DNA of 64,000 bases. Origin: Bacillota bacterium (GTDB lineage Bacteria; Bacillota; Desulfotomaculia; Desulfotomaculales; Nap2-2B). The translations under genes were made by a program, and so were the position numbers. Location: assembly GCA_040755975.1 (NCBI GenBank), contig JBFLZY010000005.1:3526-67525 (forward strand), read 5' to 3'. Below are positions 1-8,690 of the stretch, in pieces; within the stretch, counting starts at the first letter, position 1, and each line of letters begins with the position of its first letter. The notes under the pieces were generated by a model. That model was not told the DNA's origin, did no database searches, and saw only the letters and a program-made list of their open reading frames with translations.

Positions 1-1
1 T

Positions 2-730
2 TTAGAGAAAAAACGCGGCAGCAGACTGATTACTATTATCCACCGGCAAGAGGCCATCAGTTTTCTAGGCATCCCCATTACGCGCTACATTAACGTGGAA
101 GATTCAGAAGCGGTTTTGCGGGCCATTCGCCTCACTCCCGACGAGATGCCCATCGATCTTCTTCTACACACGCCCGGCGGCCTGGTGCTGGCTGCCGAAC
201 AAATCGCCCGGGCCCTGCAAAAACATAAGGCAAAAGTCACCGTATTCGTCCCCCACTACGCCATGAGCGGCGGGACTATGATCGCCCTGGCCGCTGACGA
301 AATAGTGATGGATGAAAACGCGGTTCTCGGCCCGGTAGACCCCCAACTGGGCAATTATCCGGCGGTCTCCATCGTGGAAACCGTCCGCAACAAAGGACCG
401 GACAAGGTAGACGACCACACTCTGATTCTGGCCGACATCGCCACAAAGGCAATGAACCAGGTAGAAGATTTTATCTGCCTGCTGTTAAAAGATAAAATGG
501 CCCCGGAGAAGGCCCGGGAAATGGCTAAACTGCTGGCCGGGGGGACCTGGACGCACGATTATCCTTTAACCTGCGAGAAACTAAAAGAATTCGGCCTGAC
601 GGTTTGCGAAGGGCTGCCGGAAGAAATTTACACTTTAATGGAACTGTATCCGCAACCGCCCCAACGCCGCCCATCAGTCCAGTACATCCCCCTGCCCTAC
701 GGGCGGGAAAGAGAAAGGCCCAGGCGGTAA
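2..730 (+). CDS. SDH-family Clp-fold serine protease, 5' end outside the window
   Basis: The frame of ORF 95..730 stays open back to nt 2 (LEKKRGSRLITIIHRQEAISFLG...), so the gene starts upstream of the window. HTPGG ... HYAMSGGTMIALAADEIVMDENAVLGPVDPQ matches the Clp/SppA-fold serine-protease pattern as I remember it. Confidence 0.7.
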   Translation, partial: LEKKRGSRLITIIHRQEAISFLGIPITRYINVEDSEAVLRAIRLTPDEMPIDLLLHTPGGLVLAAEQIARALQKHKAKVTVFVPHYAMSGGTMIALAADEIVMDENAVLGPVDPQLGNYPAVSIVETVRNKGPDKVDDHTLILADIATKAMNQVEDFICLLLKDKMAPEKAREMAKLLAGGTWTHDYPLTCEKLKEFGLTVCEGLPEEIYTLMELYPQPPQRRPSVQYIPLPYGRERERPRR

Positions 731-763
731 ACTTCCTTCGGCAACACACAACCGGGAAAAAGT

Positions 764-783
764 AGATGTTCAGTGAAACCGCT
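764..783. repeat. partial copy of dispersed module AGATGTTCAGTGAAACCGCT
   Basis: The string ATGTTCAGTGAAACCGCT recurs at 3738-3755. It sits in the intergenic space after the protease gene. Confidence 0.4.
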
Positions 784-828
784 ATCAAAAAAAACATAAA
801 AAATTAATCAGTAGGGATAAGGGAGGAA

Positions 829-1044
829 ATGACGCCCCGGATCTGCCCCTTGTGCAACGCCATAGAAGAAATAACGGTGCCCTGCACCTGCGGCTCAAAA
901 ATGAGGGACGCGGGGCCGGTCAGCGATTATTACGGCCCCTACAGCCCCTATTTCAATGCGGCCTTTGCCGCGCCCGATTGCCTGCACCTGTTCACCTGCC
1001 CCCGGTGCGGGCAGGATCAACGGGTCAAAATCCTGCTCAGCTAG
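829..1044 (+). CDS. small Cys-rich (zinc-ribbon-like) hypothetical protein, 71 aa
   Basis: ATG preceded by GGGAGGAAA. Two Cys pairs at each end (CPLC...CTC ... CPRC). No family recognised. Confidence 0.45.
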   Translation: MTPRICPLCNAIEEITVPCTCGSKMRDAGPVSDYYGPYSPYFNAAFAAPDCLHLFTCPRCGQDQRVKILLS

Positions 1045-1047
1045 GGC

Positions 1048-2766
1048 CTATTCTCCGGTACTGAAAGTCCACCGCTCTGCGCCAATGCCGTCAAACTCAT
1101 TGCCTGCTTCGTCTTCCAGGAGGCCGCCGCCCACGGTCACCTGGTAGCTTTTCCTTGCCTCCAGTCCGTATTTTAGCCTGATCCTTAACGTATCGCCGTT
1201 TATGCTTACGGGATCGTCTTCCGCCAGGGCGACAACCTCGCTATCGGTAGTATTTTTTACCTTTATCCCGGCCGCCACCTCGTCCAGGTCATCCACCGCC
1301 CGAATATCCTCGGTGAATTCCACCTGCAAAGTTCTTGTGCCCGGCGGGACGTCGTCCTCTCCGTGCACGGGGGTCAGTTTGCGGATTGCCGGCGCCAGGG
1401 TGTCCCCGGTGGAAAAGACCCACTCACCCACCGCGATGCCCGGAAATTTATTTCCGTCCCTGTCCTGCAGGACGCCATTTTCAACAGTTACCTGATAGGT
1501 CTTATTATCCTCTAAATAGGTGGCGAGAGTGGCCGTCAAAACGTTGGAATGCAAAGAAACAGTTTTAATTTTCACGTCTTCATCATCTGTTACATTTTCG
1601 ATCTCTATCTCGTCCTTGACTGCGTCGAGATCATCTACCGGTTCTACTGGTTCGTTAAAAACGACTTGCAGCGAGGTTGTTTCCGGATCAACCCCGGTAG
1701 CTTTGTTGGCGGGAACCAGTTTAATAACCTGGGGGACCCTTTCCCCAGGTCGACTTGCCGGACCGCTGCTGCTTAAGATTACCAGGACCTCGCTCTCGCT
1801 CTTTGCGTTTAAGATCAGGATCACGCGCGCCTCCAAAGGAACTTCTGCGGGATCAGCCGGTTCCCCGTCGACAAAGGCGACCACATCTTCCGAGAAATTG
1901 AAGGTCCTGGTAACCGGTTGTTTCCAGAGGTCCGGCCAGTGCCCAAAGGGCGGGTACAGCCTGTAAGGGAACAACTGGATAGTGATGCTAGCGTCGTCCA
2001 CATCCTTCACAATCCCCTGCACCGCCCGGTAAACCGGGTGAAGGGGACACTGTGCCAGCAGCCTGAGCATGAGTGCAGCCATCTCTGCCCTTTTAACGGG
2101 CTGGTTGGGCCGGAAGACGTTGCCCGGATACCCCACCATGAGCTGGTTTTGGTAGGCGGCCGCAACGTACGCCCGGTATTGCCAGGGTATCCCGAAGGCA
2201 TCCAGAAAAGGCAAAGTCATGCTGGTTTCCGGTTGCAACCCTGCCGCCCGCACCAGCCAGGTGGCCACCTCGTAACGGCTTGCCGGTTCGTTGGCCCGCC
2301 AGCCGGCCAATTCGGCAGGGGTGATAACCCCTCTTTCGACAGCCAAAGCAAGGCTGTTTTGCGCCCACGCGGGAAATTCGCCGAATACTTCGCGCGCCGG
2401 CCTCGTTTTCGCTTTTTCCTGCTCCAGACCCAGCATCCGGATCAGCATGGCGACGGCTTCTTCCTTCTTAACGCTGGCTTCCGGCCGGAAACTCAGGTCG
2501 GGATAGCCCCTGACCATGCCGGCCATATACATAGCCACCATGGCCTCTTGCGCCCAGTGATTTTCAATATCCCGCAATTGAATTTTCTTTTGAAAGCGCT
2601 TTTGCATTACCCCTTTCCCTTTGTACTCCTGACCATATCCCTGGGGCGCCACAAATCTTTTTCCCTGGCCCCAATTAAAAGTGTTGGCCAAGGCGGTCTT
2701 CGTCCAAATCGTCAGAAGGAAACTCGCCAAAACCGCTGTCACCAGCAATTTGCTTCTTCTGAACAT
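1048..2766 (-). CDS. SLH-domain cell-surface protein with two tandem Ig-like C-terminal domains
   Basis: N-terminal signal peptide (LVTAVLASFLLTIWTKTALA). Three SLH-type repeats (HWAQEAM...GYPDLSFRP; ...VGYPGNVFRPNQPVKRAEMAALMLR). Two ~95-aa C-terminal repeats end in W(V/T)FSTG(D/E). Confidence 0.8.
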   Translation of the reverse strand: MFRRSKLLVTAVLASFLLTIWTKTALANTFNWGQGKRFVAPQGYGQEYKGKGVMQKRFQKKIQLRDIENHWAQEAMVAMYMAGMVRGYPDLSFRPEASVKKEEAVAMLIRMLGLEQEKAKTRPAREVFGEFPAWAQNSLALAVERGVITPAELAGWRANEPASRYEVATWLVRAAGLQPETSMTLPFLDAFGIPWQYRAYVAAAYQNQLMVGYPGNVFRPNQPVKRAEMAALMLRLLAQCPLHPVYRAVQGIVKDVDDASITIQLFPYRLYPPFGHWPDLWKQPVTRTFNFSEDVVAFVDGEPADPAEVPLEARVILILNAKSESEVLVILSSSGPASRPGERVPQVIKLVPANKATGVDPETTSLQVVFNEPVEPVDDLDAVKDEIEIENVTDDEDVKIKTVSLHSNVLTATLATYLEDNKTYQVTVENGVLQDRDGNKFPGIAVGEWVFSTGDTLAPAIRKLTPVHGEDDVPPGTRTLQVEFTEDIRAVDDLDEVAAGIKVKNTTDSEVVALAEDDPVSINGDTLRIRLKYGLEARKSYQVTVGGGLLEDEAGNEFDGIGAERWTFSTGE

Positions 2767-2924
2767 AACAAACCCCCCTTTTTGTCATCTGTCGAATCAG
2801 TTTTGGGTTGTGGTTTTAAGCAACCTTCTATTTTTCCCGGTATCAGCCCCCTTTTTTTAATATTTCTTACATTTAATTCCTTCTTTATCTAATTCTCTTA
2901 TACGTAGCAACCGGCATCTTTTTA

Positions 2925-2963
2925 GGGGGGCAAAAAAGAAAAATCCCCCGGAGAGATCGGGGG
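2925..2963 (-). terminator. rho-independent terminator downstream of the HAD hydrolase gene
   Basis: On the minus strand, CCCCCG-loop-CGGGGG (2945-2963) is followed by ATTTTTCTTTTTT. Confidence 0.5.
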
Positions 2964-3058
2964 TTGGAGATTGGAAGCGCCAAGAGTTAAGCCAACGACT
3001 TATTTTCACCCGTTCATCGCCTGCCCAACCGATGTGGATGACAGGCGCAGGGTTCAAG

Positions 3059-3703
3059 CTAAAGAGGGCGGGCGGCAAATCGCTGCGTCAAGTCATCCCA
3101 GGTCTCCAGCAACCCGTGGGGCTGCAGGGCGATTAACTCCTCCCTGGTGGCCATCCCCCAGGTAACCCCAAGGGTCACGGTCCCGGCTTTTAAACCCGCC
3201 GCGATGTCAAAATGGCTGTCGCCCACGTACAGCGCCTCCGGCGGTGAAGCGTTTAAGAGGGCGAGCGCCTTATATATAGGATCCGGAAAAGGTTTATGCC
3301 TGCCGACGTCCTGGGCCGTGACCACCACATCCAGGTAACGGCCCAGACCGGTCAATTCCACTGTCCGCCTCGTCCCGTCCCTTCCTTTCGAGGTGACGAT
3401 CCCTATGCGCAAGCCTTTTTCCTGCAAACAATCCAGCATCTCCAGCGTACCGGGGAAAAGGCGAACGCGCCGGTCATGCTCCCGGCCGTAATGATACTTG
3501 TACAGCTCCAGAAATTCCTTCTCCTTGCCCCTGGCAAAGTGAGCGGCAATGTCCTGGATCGGCAGCCCTATCCAGCGCATCACTGCGCCGTTAGACCAGG
3601 GCAGCCCCAGCAGATTAAACACCAGCTGGTAAGTCTTTTTAATAAAGGGGAGGGAATCGGCCAGAGTCCCGTCCAAATCAAATAAAACCACGGAAGTTTG
3701 CAA
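3059..3703 (-). CDS. HAD-superfamily phosphatase (phosphoglycolate phosphatase/PpaX-like)
   Basis: VLFDLDGTLADS motif I, TSK motif II, GDSHFD motif III/IV. Confidence 0.75.
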   Translation of the reverse strand: MQTSVVLFDLDGTLADSLPFIKKTYQLVFNLLGLPWSNGAVMRWIGLPIQDIAAHFARGKEKEFLELYKYHYGREHDRRVRLFPGTLEMLDCLQEKGLRIGIVTSKGRDGTRRTVELTGLGRYLDVVVTAQDVGRHKPFPDPIYKALALLNASPPEALYVGDSHFDIAAGLKAGTVTLGVTWGMATREELIALQPHGLLETWDDLTQRFAARPL

Positions 3704-3735
3704 AAGTATTCGCCCCTTTCACTCAATAAGGCATT

Positions 3736-3810
3736 AAATGTTCAGTGAAACCGCTCGACTTAAGCCGGGGGCATAATCTTTTCCGCAAAGTTAAAAACTT
3801 GCGCCGGCTG
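3736..3810. repeat. dispersed intergenic module (GTTCAGTGAAACCGCTCGACTTAAGCCGGGGGCATAA + CCGCAAAG...CTTGCG)
   Basis: Shares GAAACCGCTCGA-TTAA-CCGGGG-CATAA with 54806-54839. Shares ATGTTCAGTGAAACCGCT with 764-783. Confidence 0.5.
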
Positions 3811-3908
3811 CCGGCATCAATTTAAAAAAATCTTTTAATCGGCAGGTTTTTAAAAGAAAAGGACGAAGATGAAAATAATATATTTAAATATCGCAAGGGG
3901 GAAAGCAA

Positions 3909-5108
3909 ATGTCCATCAGCGACAAAATTAAAGAAAACCTGACCAAAGCTTCCTGGATTAGAAAAATGTTTGAAGAAGGGGCCCGCCTGCGGGCCATTTA
4001 CGGCCCCGCCAAGGTGTTTGATTTTACCCTGGGCAACCCCGGTGTTGAGCCGCCGCCGGCTTTCCGGGAAGAGTTAAAAAAGCTGGCCTTAAATCCCCTC
4101 CCAGGCATGCACGGGTACATGAGCAACGCCGGCTACGCAGAAACCAGGAAGGCTGTCGCTACAGTGCTGGCGGAAGATACCGGTTTGCCCTTTCACCCGG
4201 ATCACATCGTGATGACCTGCGGTGCGGGCGGCGGCTTAAACGTGGTGCTGAAAACCATCTTAAACCCCGGGGACGAAGTAATTGTCCTGGTTCCCTACTT
4301 TATGGAATACAGGTTTTACGTCGACAACCACGGCGGCACAATCAAGGAAGTCCGCACGCGGCCCGACTTCCAGCCCGACCTGGACGCCCTGGAAGCCGCC
4401 GTCACGCCAAAAACAAAAGCCATCATCATCAACTCGCCCAACAACCCGACCGGGGTCGTCTACCAGGAAAGCTGCCTGAATCAGTTGGGCGCTCTTTTAA
4501 GCAGAAAAGAAGCGGAACTCGGCACCACCATCTACCTTATTTCCGACGAACCCTACGCTAAAGTCGTTTACGACGGCGTAACCGTGCCCAGCGTTTTTAA
4601 GTCATTTGCCAACAGCATTGTAGTCACTTCCCACAGCAAAGACCTGGCCCTGGCCGGCGAACGCATCGGCTATATCGCCATCCACCCGGAGATTAAAGAT
4701 GCCGGTTTGCTCTTTGAAGGGCTGGTTTTTTGCAACCGCACGCTCGGTTTTGTCAACGCGCCGGCGCTGATGCAGCGGCTGGTTGCCGGTTTGCAAAGGG
4801 AAAAGGCCGATACCAAAGAATACCTGGAAAAACGCAACCTCCTTTACGACCACCTCACCTCTTTAGGTTTCACCATGGTTAAACCGCAGGGGGCCTTCTA
4901 CCTTTTCCCGCGCTCCCCTCTCCCGGACGACCTGGAGTTTGTCCGGCTGGCGCAAAAATACAACATCCTCCTCGTTCCCGGCGCCGGCTTCGGGCTGCCC
5001 GGATACTTCCGGCTTTCCTACAGCGTGCCCAGGGAAACGGTCGTTAACTCCCTGCCCGCCTTTACGGAACTGGCCAGAGAGCTTAATCTGACTCAGAAAA
5101 TAGATTAA
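3909..5108 (+). CDS. class I/II PLP-dependent aminotransferase
   Basis: 399 aa, with SPNNPTG and SHSKDLALAGERIGY (PLP-lysine motif). RBS GGGGGAAAG upstream. The last three codons and the stop lie inside a repeat element (see findings). Confidence 0.85.
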   Translation: MSISDKIKENLTKASWIRKMFEEGARLRAIYGPAKVFDFTLGNPGVEPPPAFREELKKLALNPLPGMHGYMSNAGYAETRKAVATVLAEDTGLPFHPDHIVMTCGAGGGLNVVLKTILNPGDEVIVLVPYFMEYRFYVDNHGGTIKEVRTRPDFQPDLDALEAAVTPKTKAIIINSPNNPTGVVYQESCLNQLGALLSRKEAELGTTIYLISDEPYAKVVYDGVTVPSVFKSFANSIVVTSHSKDLALAGERIGYIAIHPEIKDAGLLFEGLVFCNRTLGFVNAPALMQRLVAGLQREKADTKEYLEKRNLLYDHLTSLGFTMVKPQGAFYLFPRSPLPDDLEFVRLAQKYNILLVPGAGFGLPGYFRLSYSVPRETVVNSLPAFTELARELNLTQKID

Positions 5109-5343
5109 CCGCAAAGACGCAAAGAGCACAAAGACAAAATTATAGAGAACAGAGTTCAGATGAAAAATCGGTGATTTTCATCCCTTCATGGTGGGAACGT
5201 AAGTTTCCATGGGCAACTCCTTAAAAATAACGAAAACTGGAGCGGTAAATAACCGCAAAGACGTCAAGAACGAAAAGGATTTTTTAAAGGGTTTAAATTT
5301 CAATTTTTCTTTTATTCTTTGCGGACTTTGCGCCTTTGCGGTT
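5107..5343. repeat. imperfect palindromic intergenic element with 8-nt tandem-unit arms (GCAAAGAC type)
   Basis: Left arm AACCGCAAAGACGCAAAGAGCACAAAGA (5107-5134) matches about 24/28 of the reverse complement of TCTTTGCGGACTTTGCGCCTTTGCGGTT (5316-5343). An extra internal arm copy lies at 5251-5279. The element fills the whole convergent intergenic region. Confidence 0.7.
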
Positions 5344-5347
5344 TTAC

Positions 5348-5671
5348 TTACTCCTCCACCAGCATGAGCAGCTTTTCGTGCATGTGCAGGCTTAACTGGC
5401 GCATGACCTTTTGCAAGGTATCGGGATCGCCCAGCATCAAGCCGTCCTCCCAACGCTCCAGCAAATACTGGACAAATTCCATGAAACCGCTGGCCAGGGT
5501 CAAAGTATATAACTCCCGGTAACGGTTATTTTCCGGTTGGCACCCGCTCTTCACCTCATTTTTGTGGGTCAGCTGGAAGTTTTTAAGCACCTTTTCCTCC
5601 CTGGTCCACGAAACAATCCCGTCGATAATCTGGACCTCTTCACCGCAGGTTGCGCAGATAAATTTGGCCAT
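5348..5671 (-). CDS. hypothetical protein, 107 aa (MAKFICATCGEE...)
   Basis: The internal ATG at 5671 is preceded by GGGGGAGGG. The longer ORF start at 5743 has no RBS. No family recognised. Confidence 0.45.
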   Translation of the reverse strand: MAKFICATCGEEVQIIDGIVSWTREEKVLKNFQLTHKNEVKSGCQPENNRYRELYTLTLASGFMEFVQYLLERWEDGLMLGDPDTLQKVMRQLSLHMHEKLLMLVEE

Positions 5672-5837
5672 TTTACCCTCCCCCTCATTCTTCAAGATTC
5701 GCAATCCAAGGTTCGCAATATCCCCAATCTTAAATATACCCATATTTATATATTAGATGGTTCGCCGAAAAGTCCTCCCCGCCTTAAAAAATACCACACC
5801 GGCAAGCAGGAAAATAGACGGCTGCCTGTAGAATGTT

Positions 5838-6581
5838 TTAATCACCAGCCCAACAGGTTATTAAGCGCGGCGCAAAATTTAAATAATCAGCACTCGCCAG
5901 GTAAAAAGAAATGCCCCAGGCCTGATCCGGCAGGCGGTAACGGCAGGCCCGGGCGTGCAGGTGCCCGTAGACCACTTTTTTTACCCCGTATTTTTGAAAC
6001 AACTCGATAAATCCGCTGTATTCGTGCTTTTCGTTTGTCGGCATATAATGCATTAATACAATAACTTCCCGGGCCGGAGGGTTTACGCTTTGCAGGGAGT
6101 TTTCCATCCGGATTAACTCCCGGCGATAAATCTTCAGGTCATCTTCCTGAAAATGCATGCCGTCAGGACACAGCCACCCCCGGCTGCCGCAAACGGCCAG
6201 GTTTCCCAAACGGACGTGGTCGTTCTGAATCAGGCGCACGTCCGGCGGCAAGACGGCGCGTATTTTTGAGATGCTCTGCCACCAATAATCGTGGTTACCC
6301 TGCACACAAATTTTTAAGCCCGGCAAAAGACCCAAAAAATTCAAGTCGCTCATTGCTTCCGGCAAACGCATCGCCCAGGAAATATCCCCGGGAACCAGCA
6401 CAACATCCTCAGCACCCACGATATTGCACCAGTTCTGGTAAATTCGCCGGGCATGGCCGGTCCAGGCCGCATTGACCTCTCCCATGGGCTTATATTCTTG
6501 AAAAGTTTCCGGTTTTTTCGGATCGGGGGTCTGCCGAAAAGACAGGTGCAAATCGCCAAGGGCAAAAACTTTCATCAGCAC
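5838..6581 (-). CDS. calcineurin-like metallophosphoesterase
   Basis: GDLHLS, GDISW, GNHDYWW and GHLH motifs occur in the canonical order. Confidence 0.8.
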   Translation of the reverse strand: MLMKVFALGDLHLSFRQTPDPKKPETFQEYKPMGEVNAAWTGHARRIYQNWCNIVGAEDVVLVPGDISWAMRLPEAMSDLNFLGLLPGLKICVQGNHDYWWQSISKIRAVLPPDVRLIQNDHVRLGNLAVCGSRGWLCPDGMHFQEDDLKIYRRELIRMENSLQSVNPPAREVIVLMHYMPTNEKHEYSGFIELFQKYGVKKVVYGHLHARACRYRLPDQAWGISFYLASADYLNFAPRLITCWAGD

Positions 6582-6607
6582 GTCCCTTCAAGGTGGTGAT
6601 TTAAAAA

Positions 6608-6802
6608 ATGAACGAATACAAGCTGGTAATTGTTGTCGAAACCAAAGAACACGCTTACATCCGGATGTTCGTCAACAACGTGCTGGTTAATCCGGAAGGG
6701 CTGATCCGGCTCAAACACGAAGAACTTGACCAGTTATTTAAGGATCTTTTCAAAGGGTCGAAGGGCAAATGCATCAAATGCCACTGCCTGTACTCGCGGT
6801 AG
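6608..6802 (+). CDS. small hypothetical protein, 64 aa
   Basis: ORF only, with a CIKCHC C-terminus. No family recognised. Confidence 0.3.
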   Translation: MNEYKLVIVVETKEHAYIRMFVNNVLVNPEGLIRLKHEELDQLFKDLFKGSKGKCIKCHCLYSR

Positions 6803-6933
6803 CCTTACCTAACTTCGACGGGGTGAAGAGCAATTCCTTCCTATTGGTAATTTAAAACATATCTAGAGTATCTTTACCATATATATCATGGGGAGACGCA
6901 AAATTCCATTTAAGGGGCAGGCGAAAAAGCAGC

Positions 6934-8229
6934 ATGCTCACTCTCGCCATCCTGCTTTCAGGCTTGACCGTCCTGATTGCTTGCGCAAAGAAAATCTCCC
7001 CGCCGGATGATTCTAAACGAGGCCGGACGACGCAAATATTCTTTTCCCTTTGCACCCTGGCGCTGGTGCTGGGGATGATCACCCAGCCGAAAATTGTTTT
7101 TCAGGGCGCCCTTACCGGTCTAAACCTGTGGTGGAATATCGTTTTTCCTTCGCTCCTCCCCTTTTTTATCGTATCCGAGATATTGTTGAGCCTGGGCATA
7201 GTGCACTTTATGGGCGTCCTGCTGGAACCGGTCATGCGCCCCCTCTTCAACGTCCCGGGAACGGGCTCTTTTGTGCTGGCCGTGGGCTACACCAGCGGCT
7301 ACCCGATCGGCGCTATGATCACGGCGAAATTGCGGGCCCGGAAACTCTGTACGCGCGTGGAAGCGGAAAGACTCATAGCCTTCACCAACAATTCCAGCCC
7401 CCTTTTTATGCTGGCGGCCGTGTCGGTAGGGATGTTCAATAACCCGCAGTTAGGACCGGTAATTGCCATCGCCCACTACACGGCCAACCTCACCCTGGGC
7501 TTTCTTTTGCGTTTTTACGGACAAAACGACCCCGAAGTCGTAAACCTTCCGGCGAACCGGGAAAGCACGTTAAAAAGAGCTTTTTCCGAAATGTTTGCGG
7601 TTTATCAAAAGGACCAGCGTACTTTGGGGAAAATTATCAGTGACGCCGTCCGGAACGCCGTCCACAACCTCTTCAACATCGGCGGGTTCATTATTTTATT
7701 TGCCGTTTTGATCCATCTTTTAACGGCGGCCGGATTTATTAACTTTTTAACCCGAAAATTAAGCGTTCTCCTCACTCCTTTCGGGTTTTCCGAAGCCGTT
7801 CTGCCGGCTCTGGCCAGCGGGTTGATCGAAATGACCATCGGTGCCAAACTGGCCAGCGAGGCGGCTGCCCCCCTCCAGCAACAGGTGGTGGCAGTGAGCA
7901 TGATCCTGGCCTGGAGCGGGTTGTCCATCCACGCCCAGGCCGCCAGCATGATTGCCGAAACCGACATCCGGATGCTCCCGTTTATTCTGACGCGGGTCGC
8001 GCACGCGATTCTCGCCGCCTTGTATACTTATGCTATGTTCAACCTCCTTTCCCCCGTAGCCGGCGCCCTCGCCGCGCCCGGGCTGCCCGTGTACCGGAGC
8101 TTTTCCCTCTGGGGGGACCTGCCCCTATCCTTAATCATTTTCGGTTTAACCATCGCCCTTCTGCTCCTTGCGGCTGTTATCCTGCACTTGGGCGCCGGTT
8201 TGCGCCTCATCTTTTTCAGAATCCGGTAA
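6934..8229 (+). CDS. ylbJ: polytopic membrane protein, YlbJ-like sporulation integral membrane protein (nucleoside-recognition type)
   Basis: 431 aa with about 10 hydrophobic segments. The pattern GYTSGYPIGA ... FTNNSSPLF recalls YlbJ/SpmA-type gate domains. Assignment from memory. Confidence 0.55.
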   Translation: MLTLAILLSGLTVLIACAKKISPPDDSKRGRTTQIFFSLCTLALVLGMITQPKIVFQGALTGLNLWWNIVFPSLLPFFIVSEILLSLGIVHFMGVLLEPVMRPLFNVPGTGSFVLAVGYTSGYPIGAMITAKLRARKLCTRVEAERLIAFTNNSSPLFMLAAVSVGMFNNPQLGPVIAIAHYTANLTLGFLLRFYGQNDPEVVNLPANRESTLKRAFSEMFAVYQKDQRTLGKIISDAVRNAVHNLFNIGGFIILFAVLIHLLTAAGFINFLTRKLSVLLTPFGFSEAVLPALASGLIEMTIGAKLASEAAAPLQQQVVAVSMILAWSGLSIHAQAASMIAETDIRMLPFILTRVAHAILAALYTYAMFNLLSPVAGALAAPGLPVYRSFSLWGDLPLSLIIFGLTIALLLLAAVILHLGAGLRLIFFRIR

Positions 8230-8330
8230 TTTTATGTGCGTTAAATTACCAAAAATGTCCTGTTATATTAAATCCTTATTTGCCAATAATAAACGTTGAA
8301 ATCTAAATTGCTCAGGAGGTGCTGGCAAAA

Positions 8331-8630
8331 ATGATTCAGGCATGGAACGACTTTCCAAAGGGGGTAGAAGTAAGACCCATAGGTTTTGACGAGGTGAATA
8401 TTTGCTACAACGGCCTGCTGGCCAAATCGGGTGCCGACCAGGTGTACCTGCACTATGGTTTCGGCGACCCCAAAGGGTGGACCAATGTAAACACCATTCG
8501 GATGGACAGAAGCCACCGGGGTTGGGAAAAAACCCTGAGGATGCAAAACAACCTGATGAACTTCTGCTTTAAAGATTCGGCAAATAACTGGGACAATAAC
8601 AGCGGCTTCAACTGGACGGTCCGGGCTTAA
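8331..8630 (+). CDS. small carbohydrate-binding-module-like protein, 99 aa
   Basis: ATG at 8331 lies 11 nt after AGGAGG; the track start at 8319 overlaps the RBS. ...LHYGF...GW...FCFKDSANNWDNNSGFNW resembles starch-binding CBM25/53-type modules. Confidence 0.5.
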   Translation: MIQAWNDFPKGVEVRPIGFDEVNICYNGLLAKSGADQVYLHYGFGDPKGWTNVNTIRMDRSHRGWEKTLRMQNNLMNFCFKDSANNWDNNSGFNWTVRA

Positions 8631-8638
8631 TCCCGGAC
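8619..8638. terminator. hairpin between convergent genes (GTCCGGG-CTTAAT-CCCGGAC)
   Basis: Perfect 7-bp GC-rich stem overlapping the stop codon of the CBM-like gene. There is no clear T-tract. Confidence 0.3.
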
Positions 8639-8690
8639 CGTTAAATTTAACATCCATACTATATTTATGTTTTGGATTTTCGACAGTCTC

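Noticed and set aside
1918-2892. 324-aa plus-strand ORF opposite the SLH-protein gene
   Set aside because: It is an antisense shadow ORF. The SLH repeats on the minus strand explain the region.
5178-5522. ORFs 5178..5453 (-) and 5319..5522 (+)
   Set aside because: They are translations of the octamer repeat arms (KAQSPQRIKEK..., LRLCGFTY...), which is the classic spurious-ORF pattern from palindromic repeats.
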